Shown here: positions 9,873 to 18,652 of the stretch, piece by piece | How the letters are laid out: every line of letters starts with the position of its first letter | Position numbering within the stretch: the first letter of the stretch is position 1 | Origin: Prevotella sp. | Lineage (GTDB): Bacteria; Bacteroidota; Bacteroidia; Bacteroidales; Dysgonomonadaceae | Length of the DNA stretch: 39,250 bases | Assembly: GCA_031285625.1 (NCBI GenBank) | Contig: JAITVV010000022.1 | Location: 1 to 39,250 of the forward strand | Direction: 5' to 3' | Position numbers and translations under genes: made by a program | Notes under the pieces: generated by a model | The model's input: only the letters and a program-made list of their open reading frames with translations | Database searches by the model: none | What the model was told of the DNA's origin: nothing

Positions 9873-10124
9873 TTACAAAGAATGTACGTGTGCAGCTAAT
9901 TTTGATTTTAAGTTACCTGCTTTATTTTTATGTATAACATTCTTTTTTGCCAGCTTATCAAGCATAGAGCAAACAGATGGATATTGTTTTTGAGCTTCGT
10001 CTTTGTCAGTAAGTAAACGGAATTTACGAACTGCGTTACGAGTTGTTCTAGCAACATATCTATTTCTCAAGCGTCTTGCATCCGCTTGTCTGATTCTTTT
10101 TTCTGCTGATTTATGATTTGCCAT
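9873..10124 (-). CDS. rpsT: 30S ribosomal protein S20
   Basis: [13 protein letters not shown]...[13 protein letters not shown]. Confidence 0.99.
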   Translation of the reverse strand: MANHKSAEKRIRQADARRLRNRYVARTTRNAVRKFRLLTDKDEAQKQYPSVCSMLDKLAKKNVIHKNKAGNLKSKLAAHVHSL

Positions 10125-10161
10125 CTTGACTAATCCTTATTTTATTGTTTATTTAAAATTG

Positions 10162-10233
10162 TAGCCCATAGGGGAGTCGAACCCCTCTTTCAAGAATGAA
10201 AATCTTGCGTCCTAACCGATAGACGAATGGGCC
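10162..10233 (-). tRNA. tRNA-Glu (anticodon TTC); 3' CCA not encoded
   Basis: Minus strand GGCCCATTCGTCTATCGGTTAGGACGCAAGATTTTCATTCTTGAAAGAGGGGTTCGACTCCCCTATGGGCTA folds as a cloverleaf with a GGTTCGACTCC T-arm. Confidence 0.97.
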
Positions 10234-10288
10234 ATCGTATGGAGTTTGCTTCGTTTGGAATAGCATTATTCTCCCTTGATTGCGGATG

Positions 10289-10319
10289 CAAAGGTAATTC
10301 ATTTTTGGTTACGTGCAAA
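10289..10319 (-). promoter_or_regulatory. Canonical Bacteroidetes sigma-70 promoter for tRNA-Glu/rpsT
   Basis: -33 TTTG (10316-10319), 19-nt spacer, -7 TACCTTTG (10289-10296). Confidence 0.85.
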
Positions 10320-10512
10320 TATTTGTACTGATTTTTTTTTATATTCTTTATTGCGAATTATTATACTCTTGATTTTCAATAATATTTTCATGAAAATATA
10401 TTTAAGGTTGATTCTATTCTTCATATAGTAACCTTTTAACTTACCTTATTTTTTTATGATTGTAATAATCCTTTAAAACATCTATTTTTGTATAAAAATA
10501 AAGAAACTATTA

Positions 10513-12198
10513 ATGAAAAAGTCATTTACACTCTTACTCCTTATATATACGATAAGTTTATCAGCACAAAATCCGTACAGATCACCTTTGGACATCCCCC
10601 TTATACTAAGTGCAAATTTTGGAGAACTTCGTCCAAATCATTTTCATTCGGGGATAGATATTAAAACACAAGGAGTAGTCAATAAACCTGTGTATGCAAT
10701 GGCTGACGGGTATGTTTCACGTATATCGGTCTCTCCTTCAGGATATGGACTAGCTATATATATTGACTATCCGGAAACAAAACAAACAAGTGTATATGGG
10801 CATATCAATAAATTTGCGCCTAAAATAGCTGCGTATATCAAGAAAAAACAATATGAGAAAGAAAGTTATAGAATAGATGTATCCCTTGATGCAAATGAAA
10901 TTCCAGTTAAAAGAGGCGATTTGGTCGCTTATAGTGGAAATACAGGTTCCTCAGGAGGCCCACATGTCCATTTCGAAATTAGAAACGCAGAAGATCAGGT
11001 AGCAATAGACCCCCTTGAGTATTACAAAAAAGATATCGAAGACTCAGAGGCTCCTTTACTAAAAGGAATAGCAATTTATCCATTGAATGAGAATGGCGCT
11101 GTTGATTTTAGCCGCGATACATACAGAAAAAGTATAGCTGTATTGAAGAATGGCAATTATGCATCTTTAAAAGACACGATACAGGCTTGGGGACAAATAG
11201 GTATAGGAGTCTATACAAATGATAGAATGACTGGCACTACAAATATCTATGGGGTTCGAAAAGTACGTTTATTCTGTGATAATAAAGAAATTTATTCATC
11301 AGATATATCCAGTATTGATTTTGGAAAGACAAGAATGATAAACAGCCTCATTGATTTTGACTATTGGGTTAGGAGGAAAGTATTTTATCAAAAATCCTTT
11401 ATAGAACCAGGTAATACACTGTCTATCTACAAAGCCGTAAACAATGGATATATAGATATTAGTGAAGAACGTCTTTATATCTTTCGCTACGAATTGGAAG
11501 ACCTGTATGGCAACCAAACCGCATACTCATTTTGCATAAAAGGGAGAGAACAAACAATTCCTCAACGGAGACGATGTGCACAGAATTTTATTTGGAATCA
11601 GGATAACCATTATTCTGACAATCAGTTTTCTTTGGGAATACCTAAGGATCGTCTATATGACAATGTATGTTTTACATTAAAGAAAACAGTGTCTCAAAAA
11701 TATTTGTCAGATATATTTGAAGTAAATGATAAGTATATACCGTTACATGACTTCTGTGATATATCTATAAAGATGAATAAGGATTCTCTAGTCAATAAAT
11801 CACAATATGGTATTATCCGGATAAATGGAAAAAATGAAAGTTGGGTAGGAGGAATATATAAGGATGGTTATATATCAGGGCGTATTCGCGAACTAGGGCA
11901 TACCTATGCTATAAGCACTGATACAAAAGCTCCTATAATTACCCCTATACAACCAGAAAGATGGGCTAGACAAGCAGAGATTAAGATCAGATTATCCGAT
12001 AATAAAAGTGGCATCTCTTCCTATAAAGGCACTATTGATGGAGAATTTGCCCTCTTCGAAAATGATGTGAAATCCACAGTCTACTCTTATAAATTTGATC
12101 CCTCTAGAATAAAGAAAGGTGAAACTCATAAACTGATATTTATTGCTACAGATGCTTGTGGAAATAGCGCAAATTATGAATATGAGTTTAAATATTGA
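10513..12198 (+). CDS. M23 family metallopeptidase, secreted
   Basis: HFHSGID (HxxxD), YGH and SGNTGSSGGPHVHFE (HxH); signal peptide. Confidence 0.93.
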   Translation: MKKSFTLLLLIYTISLSAQNPYRSPLDIPLILSANFGELRPNHFHSGIDIKTQGVVNKPVYAMADGYVSRISVSPSGYGLAIYIDYPETKQTSVYGHINKFAPKIAAYIKKKQYEKESYRIDVSLDANEIPVKRGDLVAYSGNTGSSGGPHVHFEIRNAEDQVAIDPLEYYKKDIEDSEAPLLKGIAIYPLNENGAVDFSRDTYRKSIAVLKNGNYASLKDTIQAWGQIGIGVYTNDRMTGTTNIYGVRKVRLFCDNKEIYSSDISSIDFGKTRMINSLIDFDYWVRRKVFYQKSFIEPGNTLSIYKAVNNGYIDISEERLYIFRYELEDLYGNQTAYSFCIKGREQTIPQRRRCAQNFIWNQDNHYSDNQFSLGIPKDRLYDNVCFTLKKTVSQKYLSDIFEVNDKYIPLHDFCDISIKMNKDSLVNKSQYGIIRINGKNESWVGGIYKDGYISGRIRELGHTYAISTDTKAPIITPIQPERWARQAEIKIRLSDNKSGISSYKGTIDGEFALFENDVKSTVYSYKFDPSRIKKGETHKLIFIATDACGNSANYEYEFKY

Positions 12199-13230
12199 CT
12201 ATCTACATAAGTTATACAGATCATCAATAAATTCATCTACGATTTCCTCCGGTGTGGCCCACGACGTAATCAGTCGTACTGCAGAATATTCCGAATCAAC
12301 TATACCCCATATAAGGAAACCATATTCTGTTTGTATCTTTTCGATGAGACTATTAGGCAAAACAGGAAAAATCTGATTTGTGTCAGACTCGATAAGCATA
12401 TTATATCCTAATGCTTCAAAAGCACCTGATATCTTTTTAGCCATTTTATTAGCATGATCTGCCAGGTCAAAGATCAAATTATTTTGCAATAGCTGGTCAA
12501 ATTGCACTCCCATTGTACGGCCTTTTGCGGTTAACGCTCCACGTTGTTTCAGATGGTATTTGAAGTCTTTATCTAATTCTGGGTTTGTGATAACAACGGC
12601 CTCGCCAAGCAATGCACCACACTTAGTACCTCCAATATAAAAGACGTCTGTTAATTCAGCAATATCTGCTAAATTCATATCATTGGAAGGTGATGTCAAC
12701 GCCATTGCTAACCGAGCGCCATCCATAAATAGTATAAGGTCGTTCTCTTTACAGAAATAATAAAGGTCCGTAAGCTCTTGTTTTGTATATACTGTACCTA
12801 ATTCTGTAGAATTAGATATATACACCACACGGGTACGCACCACATGATGTCCACGCAGTTTATTGAGAAAAGGTTTGATATCTTGCGGCCTTAATTTACC
12901 ATCAGAAGTATGGGCTGCTTCCACTTTATGTCCGGTTGCTTCTATGGCTCCGGCCTCATTTACATAGATATGTCCGGTATCTGCTGCTACAACCGACTCA
13001 AAAGGGCGGAGTATGGATGATAAAACGACTAAATTTGCCAATGTACCACCTGCTATCATATATACCCCTGCATTAGGTTTACTTATTAACTGGCGAATGG
13101 TCTTGATAGCATTCTGTGTATAAATATCATCTCCATATCCTGCTTGCTGTATAAGATTACTCTCAGCGAGAGCCTTTAATATAGAAGGATGACAACCCTC
13201 ACAATAGTCATTTGCAAAACTATATTTCAT
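12199..13230 (-). CDS. ltaE: Low-specificity L-threonine aldolase (PLP-dependent)
   Basis: FANDY, GYGDD, GGTLAN, TELGTVY, MDGARL and PLP lysine in GGTKCG. Confidence 0.9.
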   Translation of the reverse strand: MKYSFANDYCEGCHPSILKALAESNLIQQAGYGDDIYTQNAIKTIRQLISKPNAGVYMIAGGTLANLVVLSSILRPFESVVAADTGHIYVNEAGAIEATGHKVEAAHTSDGKLRPQDIKPFLNKLRGHHVVRTRVVYISNSTELGTVYTKQELTDLYYFCKENDLILFMDGARLAMALTSPSNDMNLADIAELTDVFYIGGTKCGALLGEAVVITNPELDKDFKYHLKQRGALTAKGRTMGVQFDQLLQNNLIFDLADHANKMAKKISGAFEALGYNMLIESDTNQIFPVLPNSLIEKIQTEYGFLIWGIVDSEYSAVRLITSWATPEEIVDEFIDDLYNLCR

Positions 13231-13405
13231 TTGGTTTATATATTATTTCATTTGGAATCCAAATCTGTTCGTCCAAAATCTTATTCATACAAAGTCTTAT
13301 ATTTTATCCTATTGAGATAATCCGTTCACTACAAGCCATTACAGCCTTCTGGCTATCTCTATCAATGAGTTTCAGCGTCTTGTGTGTTTGTAATCGTACA
13401 GATAT

Positions 13406-13413
13406 CGAAATTA
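13406..13413 (-). promoter_or_regulatory. Probable -7 element (TAATTTCG) implying a ~170-nt leader for ltaE
   Basis: One mismatch to TAnnTTTG, just downstream of the preceding terminator. Confidence 0.45.
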
Positions 13414-13435
13414 CAATAAAAAATTACATTATAAA

Positions 13436-13470
13436 ATAAAAAAACATCCTTTCATAGGATGTTTTTTATT
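13436..13470 (-). terminator. Intrinsic terminator after the 135-aa hypothetical gene
   Basis: AAAAAACATCCT-ttcat-AGGATGTTTTTT inverted repeat adjoining the stop codon. Confidence 0.8.
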
Positions 13471-13878
13471 TTAAATTTCTACCGTGATGTCTTGTATTTT
13501 AATCTTTCGCATATTTATCTCAGGAACTTCGTGGCGTACTACCTTCCGTATATTACTTTCATGTATGTAAGTATTTTCGGTCCTCAATCCGGCCACTGTT
13601 TTACATGCAAATCTATCAATTTTATGAAATGGAAGAGGAAGCACCTCATGCTTATATAATCTTTCAACTTCAATTGTCCTTGTTTCTTTATTTTTAATCC
13701 ACACTAAAACAGTCTTTATCTTTGTAAACATGCTCCTGACTGTAAGATCTGTTATTAAAATTTCATAACAGCCAACTCTTTTTGATAGTTGACTTCCACT
13801 ATCATTTATAGTATAACCAGACTCATTTATATCTTTAATATACTTTTTAATATATGGAGAATACTTTTTCATATGCAT
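13471..13878 (-). CDS. Hypothetical basic protein
   Basis: 135-aa ORF, co-oriented with its neighbours and followed directly by a terminator; the start could be the second Met (13872). Confidence 0.65.
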   Translation of the reverse strand: MHMKKYSPYIKKYIKDINESGYTINDSGSQLSKRVGCYEILITDLTVRSMFTKIKTVLVWIKNKETRTIEVERLYKHEVLPLPFHKIDRFACKTVAGLRTENTYIHESNIRKVVRHEVPEINMRKIKIQDITVEI

Positions 13879-13923
13879 TGCAAAAAAATAAATGATTCAA
13901 AAAGAATTTCCGTAAAATATCTA

Positions 13924-14397
13924 TTACACAATCATCTGTGTGGCTTTTTTATTTACGCCCTGTATAAAGCCATCAAAGAAAAATGGAATATTATCTGCAT
14001 TACCGTTTTCAAAACGGCCTCTTACTTTTTCATAAGCTAGTAGGGACATCTCAAAATCAGGCTGACCTGTAACCAGAATTGGTTGATCAAGCTGATTATA
14101 CCAATAGTATTGTCCACCATAGTTATGCCGAGCAACTTCAAAAATATATGATCCTATTTTAATGATCATTTTTCTCTTAGTTTCATTATCAGCTTTTTTA
14201 TAAAACTCAATACTCTCTTCTATTATCTGATCAACGTCATGAAGGCTATTGACACTAAAATCCAGAGAAGCATCATCTTTAAATTGTTTTACAAGCATAT
14301 TGGCGTTAGCAAGCATATCATTTGCAAACTGCAAACGATCTTCATCCGTAACTTGTACGGCTTCTTTTTTCTTTTTGAAAAAATCAAAAAATCCCAT
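13924..14397 (-). CDS. Hypothetical protein (MGFFDFFKKK N-terminus)
   Basis: ATG at 14397 preferred over the non-ATG start at 14406; TATATTTG promoter at 14470-14477 (-). Confidence 0.8.
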   Translation of the reverse strand: MGFFDFFKKKKEAVQVTDEDRLQFANDMLANANMLVKQFKDDASLDFSVNSLHDVDQIIEESIEFYKKADNETKRKMIIKIGSYIFEVARHNYGGQYYWYNQLDQPILVTGQPDFEMSLLAYEKVRGRFENGNADNIPFFFDGFIQGVNKKATQMIV

Positions 14398-15260
14398 ACT
14401 TATCAAAAATTATATTATAATATTTATGTATGGACGAAAAGACAGGCATTTCATTACGATTTTATGGCACAAATATAAACGTAAAATAACAATAAATGAA
14501 ATTTATTATTGTATAAATAATTATGACTGCACTCTCGTTTCTAGTTTTATATATATTCTTCATTGGGTGACTGCGCAGGAAGTTACTCATAGTCAGTCTG
14601 TAATAAATAAGTATTAGGTATTTTCTTTAGATTTACTTTTCATAAAGTGATTAACTAAAATATTCATCATGTTATCATATTGAACGGATATCTTAAATGT
14701 AAAATAACCCGTCCTTAAATATTTTACACAAATAGTCTTTATCTATCAATTATTATTAACATACAACGGATAGATATGGTTCATTTTACGTAGAGGGTTT
14801 TAACATATTTGTCTCTTTTGAAAATTGCATATAATCTTTATTAAGCAAAATTTTATCTGTTAATATTAACTTTAAGCAAGACGTCCGACACCAAATAACT
14901 CCATATAAACAGGTATTAAGTACTTTCTGGGGTGTAGCCGGTACGTAAAATACAATAAAACGCAGTATGTAAGAAACTCTGTTCATCATGTAACGTTTTG
15001 GGGCATACAAATTTAATCCAAATAATGAACTATCCAAATTTTTACACATGAAATTTACTATTTAGACGAACTCCTGTAGATAAAAATGGAAAATAAAATC
15101 GAATATTTCCAAACGCCATCATTATGCTGATCTATCTGACTTTCTTCTATTTTCCGGATGAAAAACTATAAAGATATTATAAAACGATATAAAAAACACG
15201 GACTAATCCTTGAAAAGATATATATTTACGAACTAAATTGAAAACAACCATAAATTACGT

Positions 15261-16397
15261 ATGAAAAAAGTTTTTGTAAGCGGATGTTATGATATGCTTC
15301 ATAGTGGACATGTTGCGTTTTTCGAAGAAGCAGCTACCCATGGCGATCTGTATGTCGGTATAGGTTCTGATAAGACAATAAATGAATTGAAGGCCCGTAA
15401 AACGATCAATAATGAGCAAGAACGTCTATATATGATCAAAGCTTTGAAATTTGTGAAAGATGCATGGGTAAATTCGGGAAGCGGCTTGATGGATTTTGTA
15501 GATGAGATGAAAGCTTTGAATCCGGATATTTTCTTTGTAAATAGTGACGGGCATAGTGCATTAAAAGAACAGTTATGTAAAGATCTTGGTATCCAATATA
15601 TCGTTAGTAAACGTATCCCTCATGGAGGTCTTCCCGTACGCTCCACAACAGCTCTGCGAGAAGAATGCCGAATACCCTATCGAATTGATTTAGCTGGAGG
15701 CTGGCTAGACCAACCCGATGTGAGTAGCCTATATCCGGGACCAGTACTTACTATATCTATAGAACCTGATTATGATTTTAATGATCGCAGTGGTATGTCT
15801 ACAAGCTCTCGAAAGAAAGCAATTGAATTGTGGCAAGTAGATATTCCTGCAGGAGATAAAGAGAAACTCGCTAAAACTCTTTTCTGTTTTGAAAATCCTC
15901 CAGGGACAAAGTATGTAAGTGGTTCACAGGATTCACTTGGGATTGTTCTGCCCGGATTGAATAAACTATACTATAATGGTGATTTTTGGCCATCGAAAAT
16001 AGAAAAAATATTAGATGATAATATATTGTCATGGATTGAAAAACGATTATGGCTTGTGCCTCTGTATCCACGCCATAGTAATTATGATGTACTGTCAGAC
16101 ACTGATATCACTGCTGAAAATGCTAAGAAATTAAGTGAGGCTGCCAATAAAGCATGGGAAGCGCTTAAAGAAAAAAATATACAAAAATTTGGGAAAGCTG
16201 TCAGAGAAAGCTTTGATGCTCAGATTGCCATGTATCCACATATGGTAGCTGATGATATTTTCGAAGTACTGGATAAATATAAAGACAAGGCGTTGGGTTG
16301 GAAACTAAGTGGTGCAGGAGGAGGAGGCTATCTAACTCTTGTTAGCGAAACGCCTATTGATAATGCAATCCAGATAAGAATAAGAAGAGCAGAATAA
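15261..16397 (+). CDS. Fusion of a cytidylyltransferase-like (HxGH) nucleotidyltransferase and a GHMP-family sugar kinase
   Basis: N-terminal GCYDMLHSGH...RSTT; C-terminal PYRIDLAGGWLD, SGMSTSS, GSQD and GWKLSGAGGGG. Confidence 0.88.
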   Translation: MKKVFVSGCYDMLHSGHVAFFEEAATHGDLYVGIGSDKTINELKARKTINNEQERLYMIKALKFVKDAWVNSGSGLMDFVDEMKALNPDIFFVNSDGHSALKEQLCKDLGIQYIVSKRIPHGGLPVRSTTALREECRIPYRIDLAGGWLDQPDVSSLYPGPVLTISIEPDYDFNDRSGMSTSSRKKAIELWQVDIPAGDKEKLAKTLFCFENPPGTKYVSGSQDSLGIVLPGLNKLYYNGDFWPSKIEKILDDNILSWIEKRLWLVPLYPRHSNYDVLSDTDITAENAKKLSEAANKAWEALKEKNIQKFGKAVRESFDAQIAMYPHMVADDIFEVLDKYKDKALGWKLSGAGGGGYLTLVSETPIDNAIQIRIRRAE

Positions 16398-17039
16398 TGA
16401 CTTCAAAAGATCTTCTTTTTAAAATTTTAGATTATAATTATTTGTGGATCTTACCTCACAATATAAACAGTGAGCCCGCACGAATCAGATTAAAAAAATT
16501 GAGTTTCTTTTAAATGTTTTTGGCTTAAGTAAGAAATACGTAAATCCTGAGGTACGGGCAGTTATAATATCGATGGAGAAGAGTTAAACAGGGAACAATA
16601 TCTAAGCCACAAGTCTGAGTGGGAGTATTTTATAGGTGACGACTTTTTATCTGATAGAGCCCCAGATGCAAATACAGAATTATTGAATCGTGCCTTATCT
16701 ACAATGCGGACCATTTATCCAGACTCCCCAGATGATCTTTTTAAGGGACGGGTTAATATACGGTGGTTGTTCACCGATCTTCTTAACTTCAGACAAAGTA
16801 TCTATAACATTACTTATCCATGGGGTGGAATGCTTGAAGGCTTCTCTTTAGGATTAAGTTATAGTAAGTATTTGCAATATCAACTAAAAGAAACCATTAA
16901 GAATAATACTGTGGATATAGATAATACACTTTGTTTGATTCTTGATCCTCTGAAAAGAGACTTTGATAATAACAGTATAGGATATGAAGAAATAGATCTG
17001 GCCAAAATAGATTTAGAATGGAGAATGGGAAATTATTGA
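16397..17039 (+). pseudogene. Probable frameshifted hypothetical gene (~213 aa if repaired); the 16683-17039 ORF is its 3' part
   Basis: ATG overlaps the upstream stop (TAATG); three overlapping open frames at 16397-16513, 16474-16587 and 16551-17039; the first junction spans an A7 run. Confidence 0.6.
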
Positions 17040-17157
17040 AACAATAAATCAGGCTCTCATTTTTAACTAAAATTGCAGAACAGCAATAGATAATTATTTG
17101 TTATGAAAAGTTACAGTAGTCGCAATAACCACTAAGCACTCTAACAAATAACATAAG

Positions 17158-18624
17158 ATGAAAAGATTAAAGAATATACTCTTCTATATCATTATTATCG
17201 GTGGATTCTCATCTCTTATGTATTGGATTATATCCACAGGCAAAAATCTGGAACAAGGACGCAACATTGTCACAAACTTCACAACGGGTAATTCCTTTCA
17301 GGGATTTACCGAGTCATTTGTTGAAAGCATGCAGCATCCTGCCGGAATCCTATTATTACAGGTAACATTAATCATTATAGTAGCCAGAATATTCGGATGG
17401 ATTTTCAAGAAAATAGGACAACCAACCGTATTAGGTGAAATACTGGCGGGTATCGTGCTTGGTCCTTCCCTCTTAGGTTTATATTTCCCTGAGGTATCTA
17501 CATTTATATTTCCGACACAATCAATAGGTAATCTACAGGTACTTAGCCAGATCGGTTTAGTACTGTTCATGTTTGTTATAGGTATGGAACTCAACCTGAA
17601 TGTATTGAAAAACAAAGCGCACGAAGCAGTCGTTATCAGTCATGCCAGTATAATAGTCCCTTTTGCTGCCGGAATAGGTCTGGCTTACTTCATCTATACA
17701 TCTTTCGCTCCTGAGGGTGTGGCATTTACTTCTTTTGGCTTGTTTTTAGGTATATCCATGAGTATTACTGCATTTCCGGTTTTAGCCCGTATAATTCAAG
17801 AGCGGGGAATGCAAAAGACACGTTTAGGAGCTATTGCTATTACTTGTGCAGCAGCAGACGATATCACAGCATGGTGCTTATTAGCTGCAGTTATAGCTAT
17901 CGTAAAAGCAGGATCTTTTGTCAGCTCAATATATACGATTCTACTGGCTGTTATCTATGTCATCATAATGATAAAAGCAGTACGGCCACTCCTCAAAAAA
18001 GTTGGTAAATCTTATGAAGCAGGAAAAAGCTTCGGAACCTCCGATATTGCTCTATTCTTTATAGTACTGCTTATTTCCTCTTTCGTTACGGAAATTATAG
18101 GTATCCATGCCCTGTTTGGTGCATTTATGGCCGGTACCGTAATGCCTGACAACCAAAAGTTCCGAAACATGTTCATTGAAAGAATTGAAGATGTAGCTCT
18201 TGTATTGCTACTACCTTTATTCTTTGTTGTTACCGGACTAAGAACTGAAATTGGGCTACTCAACGATCCTCAATTATGGGAGGTAACAGGATTGATAATC
18301 CTGGTTGCCGTAATAGGGAAATTCGGCGGGAGTGCTCTTGCTGCCAGATTTACAGGGCAAAGCTGGAAAGACAGCCTCACAATAGGTACCTTAATGAATA
18401 CGCGGGGGCTAATGGAACTCGTTGTGCTAAATATAGGATACGACCTGGGTGTACTTAATGCCCAAATATTTGCTATGATGGTTATTATGGCCCTTGTTAC
18501 CACCTTTATGACAGGCCCGTTATTGAATCTTATCCAAAAAGTATTTAAAAGCTCGGAAGATAAGTATCCTTGCGATTATAAAGCAAGAACAGAATATATT
18601 TCCCCTGATAAAAATATTGATTAA
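17158..18624 (+). CDS. Cation:proton antiporter (CPA2/KefB-like)
   Basis: GQPTVLGEILAGIVLGPS, SITAFPVLARI, AAADD and LMNTRGLMEL; many TM helices. Confidence 0.93.
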   Translation: MKRLKNILFYIIIIGGFSSLMYWIISTGKNLEQGRNIVTNFTTGNSFQGFTESFVESMQHPAGILLLQVTLIIIVARIFGWIFKKIGQPTVLGEILAGIVLGPSLLGLYFPEVSTFIFPTQSIGNLQVLSQIGLVLFMFVIGMELNLNVLKNKAHEAVVISHASIIVPFAAGIGLAYFIYTSFAPEGVAFTSFGLFLGISMSITAFPVLARIIQERGMQKTRLGAIAITCAAADDITAWCLLAAVIAIVKAGSFVSSIYTILLAVIYVIIMIKAVRPLLKKVGKSYEAGKSFGTSDIALFFIVLLISSFVTEIIGIHALFGAFMAGTVMPDNQKFRNMFIERIEDVALVLLLPLFFVVTGLRTEIGLLNDPQLWEVTGLIILVAVIGKFGGSALAARFTGQSWKDSLTIGTLMNTRGLMELVVLNIGYDLGVLNAQIFAMMVIMALVTTFMTGPLLNLIQKVFKSSEDKYPCDYKARTEYISPDKNID

Positions 18625-18652
18625 ATGACTGCTGTAAAGTATTTAACCATAT

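Noticed and set aside
10162-10233. tRNA-Glu as an integration site (att)
   Set aside because: No duplicate of the tRNA 3' end and no integrase in the window; the tRNA is directly followed by rpsT.
12143-12376. ORF spanning the zero-gap convergent junction of the M23 gene and ltaE
   Set aside because: Overlaps two well-supported genes and has a non-ATG start; abutting convergent stops are common.
13231-13400. Glycine or c-di-AMP riboswitch in the ltaE leader
   Set aside because: Only isolated words match (GAAGG, AAACUC, CGCUGAA); they are in the wrong order and the conserved cores are missing.
14786-15049. 87-aa minus-strand ORF, and an alternative-frame FYCILRTG resembling the IS5/DUF4096 'ILRTG' motif
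   Set aside because: No recognisable protein features; the following W..LP motif, terminal inverted repeats and DDE domain are absent. It may be decayed DNA but I cannot support a call.
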